NCBI GenBank assembly: GCA_046317855.1
Contig: JBKCVM010000034.1
Location: 1,985 to 65,984 of the forward strand
Reading direction: 5' to 3'
From: Oligoflexia bacterium
Lineage (GTDB): Bacteria > Bdellovibrionota > UBA1018
DNA length: 64,000 nucleotides
In this document: piece by piece, positions 20,347 to 28,599 of the stretch
Layout: every line of letters begins with the position of its first letter
Numbering within the stretch: the stretch's first letter is position 1
Translations under genes and position numbers: made by a program
The notes under the pieces: model-generated
Database searches by the model: none
The model's input: the letters and a program-made list of their open reading frames with translations, nothing else
What the model was told of the DNA's origin: nothing

Positions 20347-20817
20347 ATGGAAAATTCGGCTACAAAAAAAGGTCACGGAGCAAAAAAAGAAATGAAGCGT
20401 TGGATCGAAAAAATGAGAGACGCCCAGCAGCAGCTTGGAAATCTCGTGAAAGACAATTGGGTTGATGAAGCCCGCCGATTTGCGGATCGGCAGAGACGTG
20501 AAGTGACGAAGCTCGTGGAGACGGACGTCAAGAAAGTCCGTAGTTTTGTAGAGCGTGAGAAAAAAGATCTCGAGAAGCTTCAAAAGCAGCTTCCGGCTGA
20601 GCTTGAACGCTGGAAAAAAGCGCTTGAGGCTCAGAAAAAGGAGCTTTCCGGCCTGCTCGTTCGTGTGGCCTCTTCGGTTCGTAAGGCCTCTCGCCCCGCC
20701 TCGAAGGCGGCCTCTCAGAAGGCGAAAGCAAAAAAGGGAGTGCGAGCTAAGACCCCTCGGGTCGCGGCAAATACCCGAAAAAAGGCTGCAAAAACAACCA
20801 CCCCCCCAGCAGTTTGA
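20347..20817 (+). CDS. Lys-rich coiled-coil protein with histone H1-like AK-rich C-terminal tail (hypothetical)
   Basis: About 156 aa from the ATG at 20347; the track ORF starts at 20320, overlapping the nadE end in another frame. C-terminus ASQKAKAKKGVRAKTPRVAANTRKKAAKTT. Confidence 0.45.
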   Translation: MENSATKKGHGAKKEMKRWIEKMRDAQQQLGNLVKDNWVDEARRFADRQRREVTKLVETDVKKVRSFVEREKKDLEKLQKQLPAELERWKKALEAQKKELSGLLVRVASSVRKASRPASKAASQKAKAKKGVRAKTPRVAANTRKKAAKTTTPPAV

Positions 20818-20897
20818 TTGACAGTGGGCCCTCTGCTCCGGTAAGGCCGACCAACTTGCTTTTTTAACCGAGATAGAAAGAGAGATTCGCACCCAGC

Positions 20898-21599
20898 ATG
20901 GCATTTATTCCCCCGAGTTCAGGTTCTGGTCCTTCTGGTCCCTCAGGTCCTTCGTTTCCTCGTCCCCGTCCAGCCCGCGGTGCCTTTCCTCCCCCCAGTA
21001 AAGATGAACATCGCATCAATGAGCGGATTCGCGTTCCACAGGTGCGCCTCATTGATGAAAATGGGGAGCAGCTCGGGATTGTTCAGACCTTTGAAGCTCT
21101 GCGGATTGCTCGTGATCGTGGCCTCGATCTCATGGAGATTTCTCCCAACGCTCAGCCTCCGGTCTGCAAGATCTGCGACTATGGAAAATTTAAATACGAG
21201 AAGAAAAAGAAGGAGCACGAGGCCCGCAAAAAGCAGACGGTGATCAAGGTCAAAGAAATCCAGCTCCGTCCACGCACCGACCAGCACGATCTTGATTATA
21301 AATTTAAGAATATCAGGACCTTCCTTGAGGAAGGGGACAAAGCCAAGATCACCATGATGTTTCGGGGTCGAGAAGTGACCTATGTCGAACAAGGTCACAA
21401 GATGATGCGCGAGCTTGCCAAGTTGGTTGAAGACATTGCGGTCATTGAGGCGCCGGCTAAGCTGGAAGGCAAGAAGCTCATCATGATTCTGGCCCCCAAC
21501 CCGGCAGCAAAAAAGGCTCAAAAGCCTAAGCCTCAGGCACCCGCAGCTACCCCTAACGGGGGTGCGCCAGCCTCCGGTAAGGACTCAGAAAACGGTTGA
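20898..21599 (+). CDS. infC: translation initiation factor IF-3 with N- and C-terminal low-complexity extensions
   Basis: Core INERIRVPQVRLIDENGEQLG...ISPNAQPPVCKICDYGKFKYE...MFRGREVTYVEQG matches IF-3. No in-frame AUU/AUA start lies close to the core, so the ATG at 20898 gives an SGSGPSGPSGPS/Pro-rich N-extension. The C-terminus ends with PAAKKAQKPKPQAPAATPNGGAPASGKDSENG. Confidence 0.8.
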   Translation: MAFIPPSSGSGPSGPSGPSFPRPRPARGAFPPPSKDEHRINERIRVPQVRLIDENGEQLGIVQTFEALRIARDRGLDLMEISPNAQPPVCKICDYGKFKYEKKKKEHEARKKQTVIKVKEIQLRPRTDQHDLDYKFKNIRTFLEEGDKAKITMMFRGREVTYVEQGHKMMRELAKLVEDIAVIEAPAKLEGKKLIMILAPNPAAKKAQKPKPQAPAATPNGGAPASGKDSENG

Positions 21600-21676
21600 C
21601 GGAGGCTTGTTCGCTGGACTAGTTTGCGACACTCCGTCGTTTTAACTTTAGGATTCTTTTGAAGGGTCGATTTTTT

Positions 21677-21710
21677 AAAGTTCTACTAAGGTTCTATTAA
21701 GGTTCTATTT
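21677..21710 (+). repeat. three tandem 11-nt repeats (AAGGTTCTATT-like) ending at the rpmI start codon
   Basis: Read directly: aaagttctact aaggttctatt aaggttctattt ATG. Each unit carries an SD-like AAGG. Confidence 0.55.
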
Positions 21711-21911
21711 ATGAAGCTGAAGACCAAAAAGGCTGCCGCAAAGCGTTTCTCGTTCACCGGCACGGGCAAAGTGAAGTTTAAGCGCACCAACAAGCGCCAC
21801 TGCCTCGGTAACAAGTCAGCTGCACGCAAGCTCAAGCTGCGTTCGGCCGGCTACATTTTCGAAGGCGATATCCGCCATGTCGAAAAGTGCATGCCTTACG
21901 GATCTAACTGA
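21711..21911 (+). CDS. rpmI: 50S ribosomal protein L35
   Basis: 66 aa. MKLKTKKAAAKRFSFTGTGKVKFKRTNKRH is the typical L35 sequence. Confidence 0.9.
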   Translation: MKLKTKKAAAKRFSFTGTGKVKFKRTNKRHCLGNKSAARKLKLRSAGYIFEGDIRHVEKCMPYGSN

Positions 21912-21941
21912 TCCAAACGTTTGATTTTTTAAGGAGTACCC

Positions 21942-22304
21942 ATGCCTCGCGCAAAACGTGGTTTTAAAAAACGTCGTCGTCATAAGAAGGTCCTAGAGCG
22001 CGCCTCAGGTTTTGTCCTGGGCGCAAAGAATAAGTTTCGCCGTACGGCAGAAGCCGTGGATCGAGCATTTGTCTATGCTTACCGCGATCGCCGTAACAAG
22101 AAGCGTGACTTCCGCACCTTGTGGATTGCGCGTCTTTCTGCAGCTGCCGCTGATTGTAACATCAGCTACAGTCGTCTGATCGCTGCCCTCAAAAAGGCTG
22201 AAGTGAAGCTCGATCGCAAAGTTCTATCGGACATCGCGATCGCCGATCCAAAGGCCTTTGGTGCGATCGTGGATCAGGTACGCGGGCTTGCTCCCGCAAA
22301 CTGA
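21942..22304 (+). CDS. rplT: 50S ribosomal protein L20
   Basis: 120 aa. MPRAKRGFKKRRRHKKVLERASGF... with AAGGAG SD. Confidence 0.9.
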   Translation: MPRAKRGFKKRRRHKKVLERASGFVLGAKNKFRRTAEAVDRAFVYAYRDRRNKKRDFRTLWIARLSAAAADCNISYSRLIAALKKAEVKLDRKVLSDIAIADPKAFGAIVDQVRGLAPAN

Positions 22305-22339
22305 TCGCTACGCTCTAGAGATTCAGGGATTTCTTTTTT

Positions 22340-22393
22340 AAAAACGCTTGGCTGGGGTTACAAAGTACCCGTAAAGCCAAGCGTTTTTGTTTT
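22340..22393 (+). terminator. terminator/attenuator-like hairpin between rplT and pheS
   Basis: Stem AAAACGCTTGGC / GCCAAGCGTTTT (12 bp) with a structured inner loop, followed by TTTTTGTTTT. Ends about 10 nt before the pheS ATG. Confidence 0.5.
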
Positions 22394-22403
22394 GGAAATC
22401 CCT

Positions 22404-23474
22404 ATGATCGAACCACTCATCCAGCAACTGACCCAGCAACTTGATCAAGAGGGCTCCCGGGCCCTGGACTTGATCCAAAAAGCTACTGACCTCAAGCAAC
22501 TCGAAGAGCTTCGTGTTGCCGTGCTCGGAAAAAAAGGCAGCTTGAGCGAGGTGCTCAAGGGCCTCGGAGCCTTGAGTCCTGCTGACCGGCCAAAAGTCGG
22601 GGCGTCAGCAAATGCGTGGAAATCCAAAATAGAGCAGGCCATTGAGTCCAGAAAGACGCTTCTGGAAGAGGCCGCTCTCCAAGCAAGGCTAGGGGCTGAA
22701 CGAATAGACGTCAGCCTTCCTGCGCGGGTTCCTCACACCGGATCCCTCCATCCCATCACGCTCACCACTCGCAAGATCATCCAGGTTTTTTCGAGGTTGG
22801 GTTTTGACGTGACCACGGGGCCTGAGGTCGAAACTGAATTTTTGAACTTCGAGGCTGTTAATATTCCCAAGGATCATCCTGCTCGAGACATGCAAGATAC
22901 TTTTTTTGCGGGTCCGGGAGTGGTGCTTCGGACCCATACTTCACCCGTACAAATGCGATCCATGCGAGAAAAAGGCCAGTGGCCTGTGCGCATCCTGTGT
23001 CCGGGAGCGGTTTATCGGTGCGATGACGATGCTACGCATTCGCCGATGTTCCATCAGATCGAAGGACTTTGGGTGGATCACGGAATCAAGATGAGTCACC
23101 TCAAAGGGACGCTTGAATTTTTTGCTCGCGAAGTTTTTGGATCGAGCTCCAAGATCCGACTGAGACCAAGTTACTTTCCGTTTGTTGAGCCCGGGGCTGA
23201 GGTTGATGTGAGCTGTTTTGCGTGTGGGGGTAAGGCTGAGAGCGCTTGCCGAGTCTGCCGCGGTTCGGGCTGGATTGAGATTTTGGGCGCAGGAATGGTG
23301 CATCCCAGGCTCTTTGAAATGGCCGGATTTGACAAGAAATCAGGCTATTCTGGGCTGACTGGGTTTGCATTTGGGCTGGGTGTGGAGCGCATTGCGATGC
23401 TGCTGCATAAGATCGGGGATCTGAGGTTGATGTACCGCGGAGATTCCCGTTTTTTGGGGCAGTTCAGAGTTTGA
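22404..23474 (+). CDS. pheS: phenylalanine-tRNA ligase alpha subunit
   Basis: Class II aaRS motifs (FPFVEPGAEVDV, GAGMVHP...). ATG at 22404 chosen over the TTG at 22392, which lies inside the terminator U-tract. Confidence 0.9.
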   Translation: MIEPLIQQLTQQLDQEGSRALDLIQKATDLKQLEELRVAVLGKKGSLSEVLKGLGALSPADRPKVGASANAWKSKIEQAIESRKTLLEEAALQARLGAERIDVSLPARVPHTGSLHPITLTTRKIIQVFSRLGFDVTTGPEVETEFLNFEAVNIPKDHPARDMQDTFFAGPGVVLRTHTSPVQMRSMREKGQWPVRILCPGAVYRCDDDATHSPMFHQIEGLWVDHGIKMSHLKGTLEFFAREVFGSSSKIRLRPSYFPFVEPGAEVDVSCFACGGKAESACRVCRGSGWIEILGAGMVHPRLFEMAGFDKKSGYSGLTGFAFGLGVERIAMLLHKIGDLRLMYRGDSRFLGQFRV

Positions 23475-23491
23475 TCTAGGAAATTGAGAAA

Positions 23492-25963
23492 ATGCGAATT
23501 TCGTGGAACTGGTTATCGGAGATGGTGGACCTCTCGAAAGTGGGAGGCCCCGCGGGACTTGCCGAGCTCCTGACTCGTCGTGGGCTTGAAGTGGAGAGTC
23601 TCGAGTCCCAGGGCGCTGGTCTCGAAAAGGTCGTGACTGCAAAAATTTTGGAAAAGGGCCAGCATCCGCAAGCTGATCGACTGAGCCTTTGTAAGGTGAC
23701 CACGGGGAGCGGTGAGCCCCTTGAGATCGTTTGCGGCGCGCAGAACCACAAGGCGGGTGATATCGTGGCGCTCGCTCAGGTGGGTGCGCATCTTCCCAAT
23801 GGCGTTAAGATTGCGGCCGGAAAAATTCGGGGAGTCGTTTCGAACGGAATGCTCTGCTCCGAAGAAGAAATGGGCCTTCCTTCGACGGTGGATGGGATCC
23901 TTATCCTTGCGCCTGATACGCCGCTTGGGCTCCCGATTGCTGAAGTGCTGGGACGCAACGACCATATTCTCACTTTGAAGATCACTGCCAATCGGGCGGA
24001 CTGTCTGAGTCACTGGGGCATTGCGCGCGAAGTGGCCGCTGCCGTAGGTAAGCCTCCGTGCCGTCCCGTGGGGGCAAAGAAAGTGGAGTGGGACGTCAAG
24101 CGCCAGGATGCAAAGCCCCGCACGGGACTTGAGGCCGGTACACTCGGTCGGCAATTCTACGGCTGCCGTATCGAGGGTGTGAAAGTGGGCCCCTCACCTG
24201 GGTGGCTGAAACGCAAGCTAGAGGCCGTGGGTTCACGCTCGATCAACACTGTGGTGGATGCGACCAACCTGGTGCTTTTTGAGCTGGGGCAGCCCGTGCA
24301 TGCCTACGATGCTGCCCGGCTCGCGGGGGATTCTTTGGTGATCCGTGCCGCCAGGGCGGGCGAAACGATTCCGCTTTTAGATGAAAAAACGGTGGAGCTT
24401 GCGGGTACGGAGCTTGTGATCGCTGATCGAGATAAGGCCGTTGCACTGGCTGGAATCATGGGGGGTGGAAATTCTCAGGTCACTCAATCGACGACTGAAG
24501 TCTATCTCGAGGTGGCGCAATTTGATCCTGCCTCTGTGCGTCGTGCCTCGGCACGTCACCAGCGTAAGACCGACGCTGCACATCGTTTTGAACGAGGCAT
24601 CGATGCGCTAGGCCTCGAACACGCAATGAGCAGGCTTGCAGGTCTGGTGCTTGAGCTTGCCGGAGGAAGAATCACCGGGATGAGTACGGCCCAGGTGTCA
24701 CAGGAAAGATCGCGATTCATTCTGCTTTCTGAGGGGTTTTGCGCTGATTTTTTAGGAATGCCTGTGACCGGTAGTGAGGTGCGGCAGGTGTTGGAGGGGT
24801 TGGGTTGCAAAGTGGCGGCAGGCCCAGTGATGAAAGTGGAGGTGCCGTCATACCGTTTGGATCTTTGCATCCCAGAGGACCTTGCCGAAGAAGTGGCTCG
24901 TTCGTTGGGCTTTGAGCGTATTCCTTCGGAGGTGCCGCCGCTCTCGACGATGCCGACTTCTCAGGCCGGGGATTTGCGCTTTGGGGCTCGCCAGCTTTTG
25001 GAGTCCGCTAAGGACAGGCTTGCGGCTTCTGGTCTTCAAGAAGTGGTGAACTATTCTTTTACTTCGGCTCGGTGGCTCTCAGAGCTTGGGCTTTCTTCGG
25101 CCTGCAAAGTGCTGAATCCTCTGAGTGAAGAGCATGAGTGTTTGGTGCCGTCGCTGCTGCCCGGACTCCTGGCCAACGTCAGGACCAACGTACGCAATCA
25201 CTTTGGATCGGAGTCGCAAGTCATTCGGCTTTTTGAGATTCGACCGACCTTTTGTTTGAGCGAAGGGGCTTCTTTAGTTGCTGCGGTGGGCGAGGATCGC
25301 ACTGGGGTCGAGGAGAAGTGGCGGCTTTCGTTTGTTCTTTCTGGGCCGCGCTTTGCGCAGGCGCTTCGAAATGAAGAGGGCGAGATTGATTTCTATGATG
25401 GCCGCGCGGTTTTGGATCGGCTTTTTGACCGGCTTCAGGTCCGCGGCGTACGGCAGCAACCGATTTCTAAGAATCATCCGCTTCACCACTTGGTTCACCC
25501 CGGTCAAGGGATCGAAGTCCTGGCCGGTCAGCAGGTGGCTGGAGTGATGGGCATGCTGCATCCCCGATTTGCGAGGGAGCTTAAGCTCAAGACTCCTGTT
25601 CTGATCTGCGAGCTCGATTGGGATGCTCTTGTGAGGCTGTCTAGGCCGGCGCAAGAGGCCCGGGCCTTTCAGGCTTGGCCTGAGTTTCCTGGAATGGAGC
25701 GGGACTTTGCACTCTTGGTAAAGGACGAAGTGAGTGGCGAAAAATTGACGCAGATTGCCCTCAAGGCAGGCAAGCCCCTGGCCAAAGTCGCTAAAATTTT
25801 TGATGTTTATCGAGGTTCGCAAGTGGCCGAAGGGATGACAAGCATCGCCGTCAGGGTTATCTTTTGGGAAGACACCCGCAGTCTCCAAGAGTCTGAAACC
25901 GAAGAGGTTTCTAGAAGAATCGTGGAGGCTTGGCGCAAAGAAGTCGGTGCGGAGCTCAGGTAA
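23492..25963 (+). CDS. pheT: phenylalanine-tRNA ligase beta subunit
   Basis: 823 aa. N-terminal MRISWNWLSEMVDL, tRNA-binding, B3/4, B5 and FDX-ACB region pattern typical of PheT. Confidence 0.9.
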   Translation: MRISWNWLSEMVDLSKVGGPAGLAELLTRRGLEVESLESQGAGLEKVVTAKILEKGQHPQADRLSLCKVTTGSGEPLEIVCGAQNHKAGDIVALAQVGAHLPNGVKIAAGKIRGVVSNGMLCSEEEMGLPSTVDGILILAPDTPLGLPIAEVLGRNDHILTLKITANRADCLSHWGIAREVAAAVGKPPCRPVGAKKVEWDVKRQDAKPRTGLEAGTLGRQFYGCRIEGVKVGPSPGWLKRKLEAVGSRSINTVVDATNLVLFELGQPVHAYDAARLAGDSLVIRAARAGETIPLLDEKTVELAGTELVIADRDKAVALAGIMGGGNSQVTQSTTEVYLEVAQFDPASVRRASARHQRKTDAAHRFERGIDALGLEHAMSRLAGLVLELAGGRITGMSTAQVSQERSRFILLSEGFCADFLGMPVTGSEVRQVLEGLGCKVAAGPVMKVEVPSYRLDLCIPEDLAEEVARSLGFERIPSEVPPLSTMPTSQAGDLRFGARQLLESAKDRLAASGLQEVVNYSFTSARWLSELGLSSACKVLNPLSEEHECLVPSLLPGLLANVRTNVRNHFGSESQVIRLFEIRPTFCLSEGASLVAAVGEDRTGVEEKWRLSFVLSGPRFAQALRNEEGEIDFYDGRAVLDRLFDRLQVRGVRQQPISKNHPLHHLVHPGQGIEVLAGQQVAGVMGMLHPRFARELKLKTPVLICELDWDALVRLSRPAQEARAFQAWPEFPGMERDFALLVKDEVSGEKLTQIALKAGKPLAKVAKIFDVYRGSQVAEGMTSIAVRVIFWEDTRSLQESETEEVSRRIVEAWRKEVGAELR

Positions 25964-25977
25964 AGGAGAATCTGAAC

Positions 25978-26328
25978 GTGGCAATGACCAAAGCAGATAT
26001 CGTCGAAGCGCTGTACGAGAAAGTGGGCTTCTCGAAGAAAGAAGCAGCCGACCTAGTAGAGCTAGTCTTCGATACCCTAAAAAAGACGCTTGCCGATGGG
26101 AGTAAGATCAAGATTTCAGGCTTTGGTAATTTCGTGGTTAGAGAAAAGCGCTCCCGCATTGGTCGCAACCCTCAGACGGGCCAGAGTATTGAAATTTCTG
26201 CTCGTCGCGTGCTGACCTTCCGTCCTTCTCAAGTGCTTCGCGCTGAGGTCAACGCTGCGCTTGAGGGAAAAACAGTAGATCCTGCAACCCTCAAAAGTCT
26301 GTCTGAAATGGATGACGACGAGGCATGA
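25978..26328 (+). CDS. ihfA: integration host factor alpha subunit (HU/IHF family)
   Basis: MTKADIVEALYEKVGFSKKEAADLVE...GFGNFVVREKRSRIGRNPQTGQSIEISARRVLTFRPSQVL. AAGGAG SD. Conserved position after pheST. Confidence 0.8.
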   Translation: MAMTKADIVEALYEKVGFSKKEAADLVELVFDTLKKTLADGSKIKISGFGNFVVREKRSRIGRNPQTGQSIEISARRVLTFRPSQVLRAEVNAALEGKTVDPATLKSLSEMDDDEA

Positions 26329-26738
26329 CCTCAGCTCGAATTCCGGATCGAATTTTCTTTAGGATTGGAGATGTTGCCGAAATCGCTGGCATCAAGCCCC
26401 ACGTTCTGCGCTACTGGGAAAGTGAATTCTCGGAGATTGCCCCGCAAAAGTCTGGGACAGGTCAGCGGGTGTACCGCCGGCGAGATGTAGAGACGGTCCT
26501 CCTCATCAAGAAGCTGCTTTATACTGAAAAGTACTCGATTGAGGGTGCTCGAAACAGGCTTCGGGAGCTTCGAAAAATCGGGGAGCTTGCCACTCAGTGC
26601 CGTGAGGCTGCCGATCCGCTTCCGGCGTCCGAGCGCGATGCTCGGGAGCACGCTCTCGGGGCTGCACGCAAGCTCTTGGTTGAGATCGAGGAGCTGAATC
26701 AAAAGGCGCTTCGAGACGTTTTTAAGCTGTACTCCTAG
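26325..26738 (+). CDS. MerR-family transcriptional regulator
   Basis: The N-terminal HTH FRIGDVAEIAGIKPHVLRYWESEF is the MerR signature. ATGA overlap with the ihfA stop. Confidence 0.75.
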   Translation: MTSARIPDRIFFRIGDVAEIAGIKPHVLRYWESEFSEIAPQKSGTGQRVYRRRDVETVLLIKKLLYTEKYSIEGARNRLRELRKIGELATQCREAADPLPASERDAREHALGAARKLLVEIEELNQKALRDVFKLYS

Positions 26739-27694
26739 CCTAAAAGTTTGCGGGCGATCTGCCGCGCAAGATTCCTTTTGAGTGCCTTTTCCATTGAAAC
26801 GATAAGCCCTGGGCTTGTGATGTTGAAATCGGTGATCTTGCCGCTTATCCAGTCTACTGCGGCTAGCCGGATCTTGTGCTCCTTCAGCCATCGGCTGATC
26901 TGTCTGACTCTAGGAAGCAGGGAGGGGGGCAGTCGAGTTTTTTTCACCTTTGCTCCCTGGTCCATGTCGATCTTGAACTCACCTCGAGCCGGTATTTTCT
27001 GAGCACAGGCAATGAGCACTCCATCGACAAACCAAAGGCGCGTCTCGCCCGATGCGGTCACCTCGGGTAGGTACTCCTGCAGAACGGTGGGGCGGGTAAA
27101 ATTCTGGGTGGCATCTGAAAGGTGGCTGTGTAGAGAGGTGATGTCGTCATCTGAGGAGAGCTTGATCACGCCTTTGCTCTGGGCTCCGTGAAGAGGCTTT
27201 AGGATGGCAACCCCTTGGGTCTGAATGAAGTCTAAAAGGGTTCCTAATTGGGAGCTCACCACCGATTGAGGCCAGAGTCCTTTGAGCGAAGCAGGAATAG
27301 TTTTTTCGCTCAATAGCGCTAACGCACGGGCCGGGTTGCAGATTTTCTTCGAAGCAACCTGTTCAAGCATTTGGAGTGGCTGGAGATAGGCAAGGTCCAC
27401 CGGTGGATCCACGCGATAGTGGATTGCTTCAAAGTCTATGACTTGGGCCTCATGAGTGGCGGGCGGGGCTGAGTGGACTTTTCTGAGTGAATAGAGTTTG
27501 CGCGATCCCCTCTTTCCGCCCTCAAAAAGAGCGCAATCGGCCATGACCCGACCGTGCTCCCATCTGAGGCTGCGCACGTCGGCCCAGGCTACGGGCTTAC
27601 CGATTTGGAGGCAGGCTTCCATGATTCGAAGCGTGGTGTCGTTGGGGTGGTCCAGGGTGCTCCACGGATCCGTAATCCAGAGCCAAGGTTTCAT
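26735..27694 (-). CDS. gshB: glutathione synthetase (ATP-grasp)
   Basis: 319 aa. ILKPLHGAQSKGV, YLPE...GETRLWFVDG and FNITSPGL are co-linear with prokaryotic GshB motifs. Confidence 0.7.
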   Translation of the reverse strand: MKPWLWITDPWSTLDHPNDTTLRIMEACLQIGKPVAWADVRSLRWEHGRVMADCALFEGGKRGSRKLYSLRKVHSAPPATHEAQVIDFEAIHYRVDPPVDLAYLQPLQMLEQVASKKICNPARALALLSEKTIPASLKGLWPQSVVSSQLGTLLDFIQTQGVAILKPLHGAQSKGVIKLSSDDDITSLHSHLSDATQNFTRPTVLQEYLPEVTASGETRLWFVDGVLIACAQKIPARGEFKIDMDQGAKVKKTRLPPSLLPRVRQISRWLKEHKIRLAAVDWISGKITDFNITSPGLIVSMEKALKRNLARQIARKLLG

Positions 27695-28575
27695 CTCCGT
27701 TTACCCGGGTGTGGATCGGTAGGGGCGATCAGTTTTTCAAGAAGCTGTTGGGTGATGAGTTCGAGTTCTTTGGCGCTCGATCCCCATCGATCCTGTAGAT
27801 TTCTGCTAGCGCTCTCCAGTGAGTGGATGGCCTTGGCCCTGGCCTCCTCAAAGCTTTGATGTGAAAGCACGCTGGTGTGGGGATATCCTAACGCTTCGTC
27901 CCACTCTGTGGCTGCATCCTCTAGATCGTCAGCCACTTGAAACCCAAGGCCAAATGCCTGCGAGTAGGTCTTCAGTAATTGAAACTCTTTGCTTTCAGGG
28001 TTGAGGCCAGCAAGGTGGGCCGGGATGAGGAGGGCTGCATCAAAGAGCGCTCCGGTCTTGAGAGCATGCAGTGTTCTCAGTTCTCCTAAAGTGGTTTTTG
28101 AGTCGAGAGCAAACTCTTGAGCCTGTCCTCCAATCACACCTCGAGGGCCAGAGCCTTCAAGAAGATGACTGAAAGCACGAAACCAGGGTTCGCGCGAGGG
28201 GGCGCTCGCAGCTCGGCTCGTGAGGGTCCACTCAAATGCGGCAGGAATCAGAGCGTCGCCCGCCAGGAGAGCGAGCGCTTCGCCATGCACTTTATGGTTT
28301 GTCGGCATTCCGCGCCTCAGGTCGTCATCATCCATGCAGGGAAGATCGTCGTGAATAAGTGTAAAGCCGTGGATCATTTCGAGCGCCACAGCAAATGGAA
28401 CGTAGTCTTCTTCAGTCACCCCGAGCATGAGCGCGGAAGCAGACATGAGTCGTGGGCGAAAGCGCTTGCCGGGCGATAGCATGCTGTAGCGAATCGAAGC
28501 CGCGAGGTTGGGAGGAGTTGGGTCACCCAGCAGGCGTCCCAAGGCAGAGTCGATGGCTTTTTGCCAATCAATCAT
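27691..28575 (-). CDS. ispA: polyprenyl (farnesyl/geranyl) diphosphate synthase
   Basis: First DDxxD motif LIHDDLPCMDDDDLRRG and second FQVADDLED. Its stop overlaps the gshB start (ATGA). Confidence 0.8.
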   Translation of the reverse strand: MIDWQKAIDSALGRLLGDPTPPNLAASIRYSMLSPGKRFRPRLMSASALMLGVTEEDYVPFAVALEMIHGFTLIHDDLPCMDDDDLRRGMPTNHKVHGEALALLAGDALIPAAFEWTLTSRAASAPSREPWFRAFSHLLEGSGPRGVIGGQAQEFALDSKTTLGELRTLHALKTGALFDAALLIPAHLAGLNPESKEFQLLKTYSQAFGLGFQVADDLEDAATEWDEALGYPHTSVLSHQSFEEARAKAIHSLESASRNLQDRWGSSAKELELITQQLLEKLIAPTDPHPGKRR

Positions 28576-28599
28576 AGTGTGCTCAGTATCAGGATTTGC

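Noticed and set aside
21677-21710. Tandem direct repeats considered as a CRISPR/minisatellite element
   Set aside because: There are only three short (11-nt) units with no spacers, in a ribosomal-protein leader. This is a regulatory or translation signal, not CRISPR.
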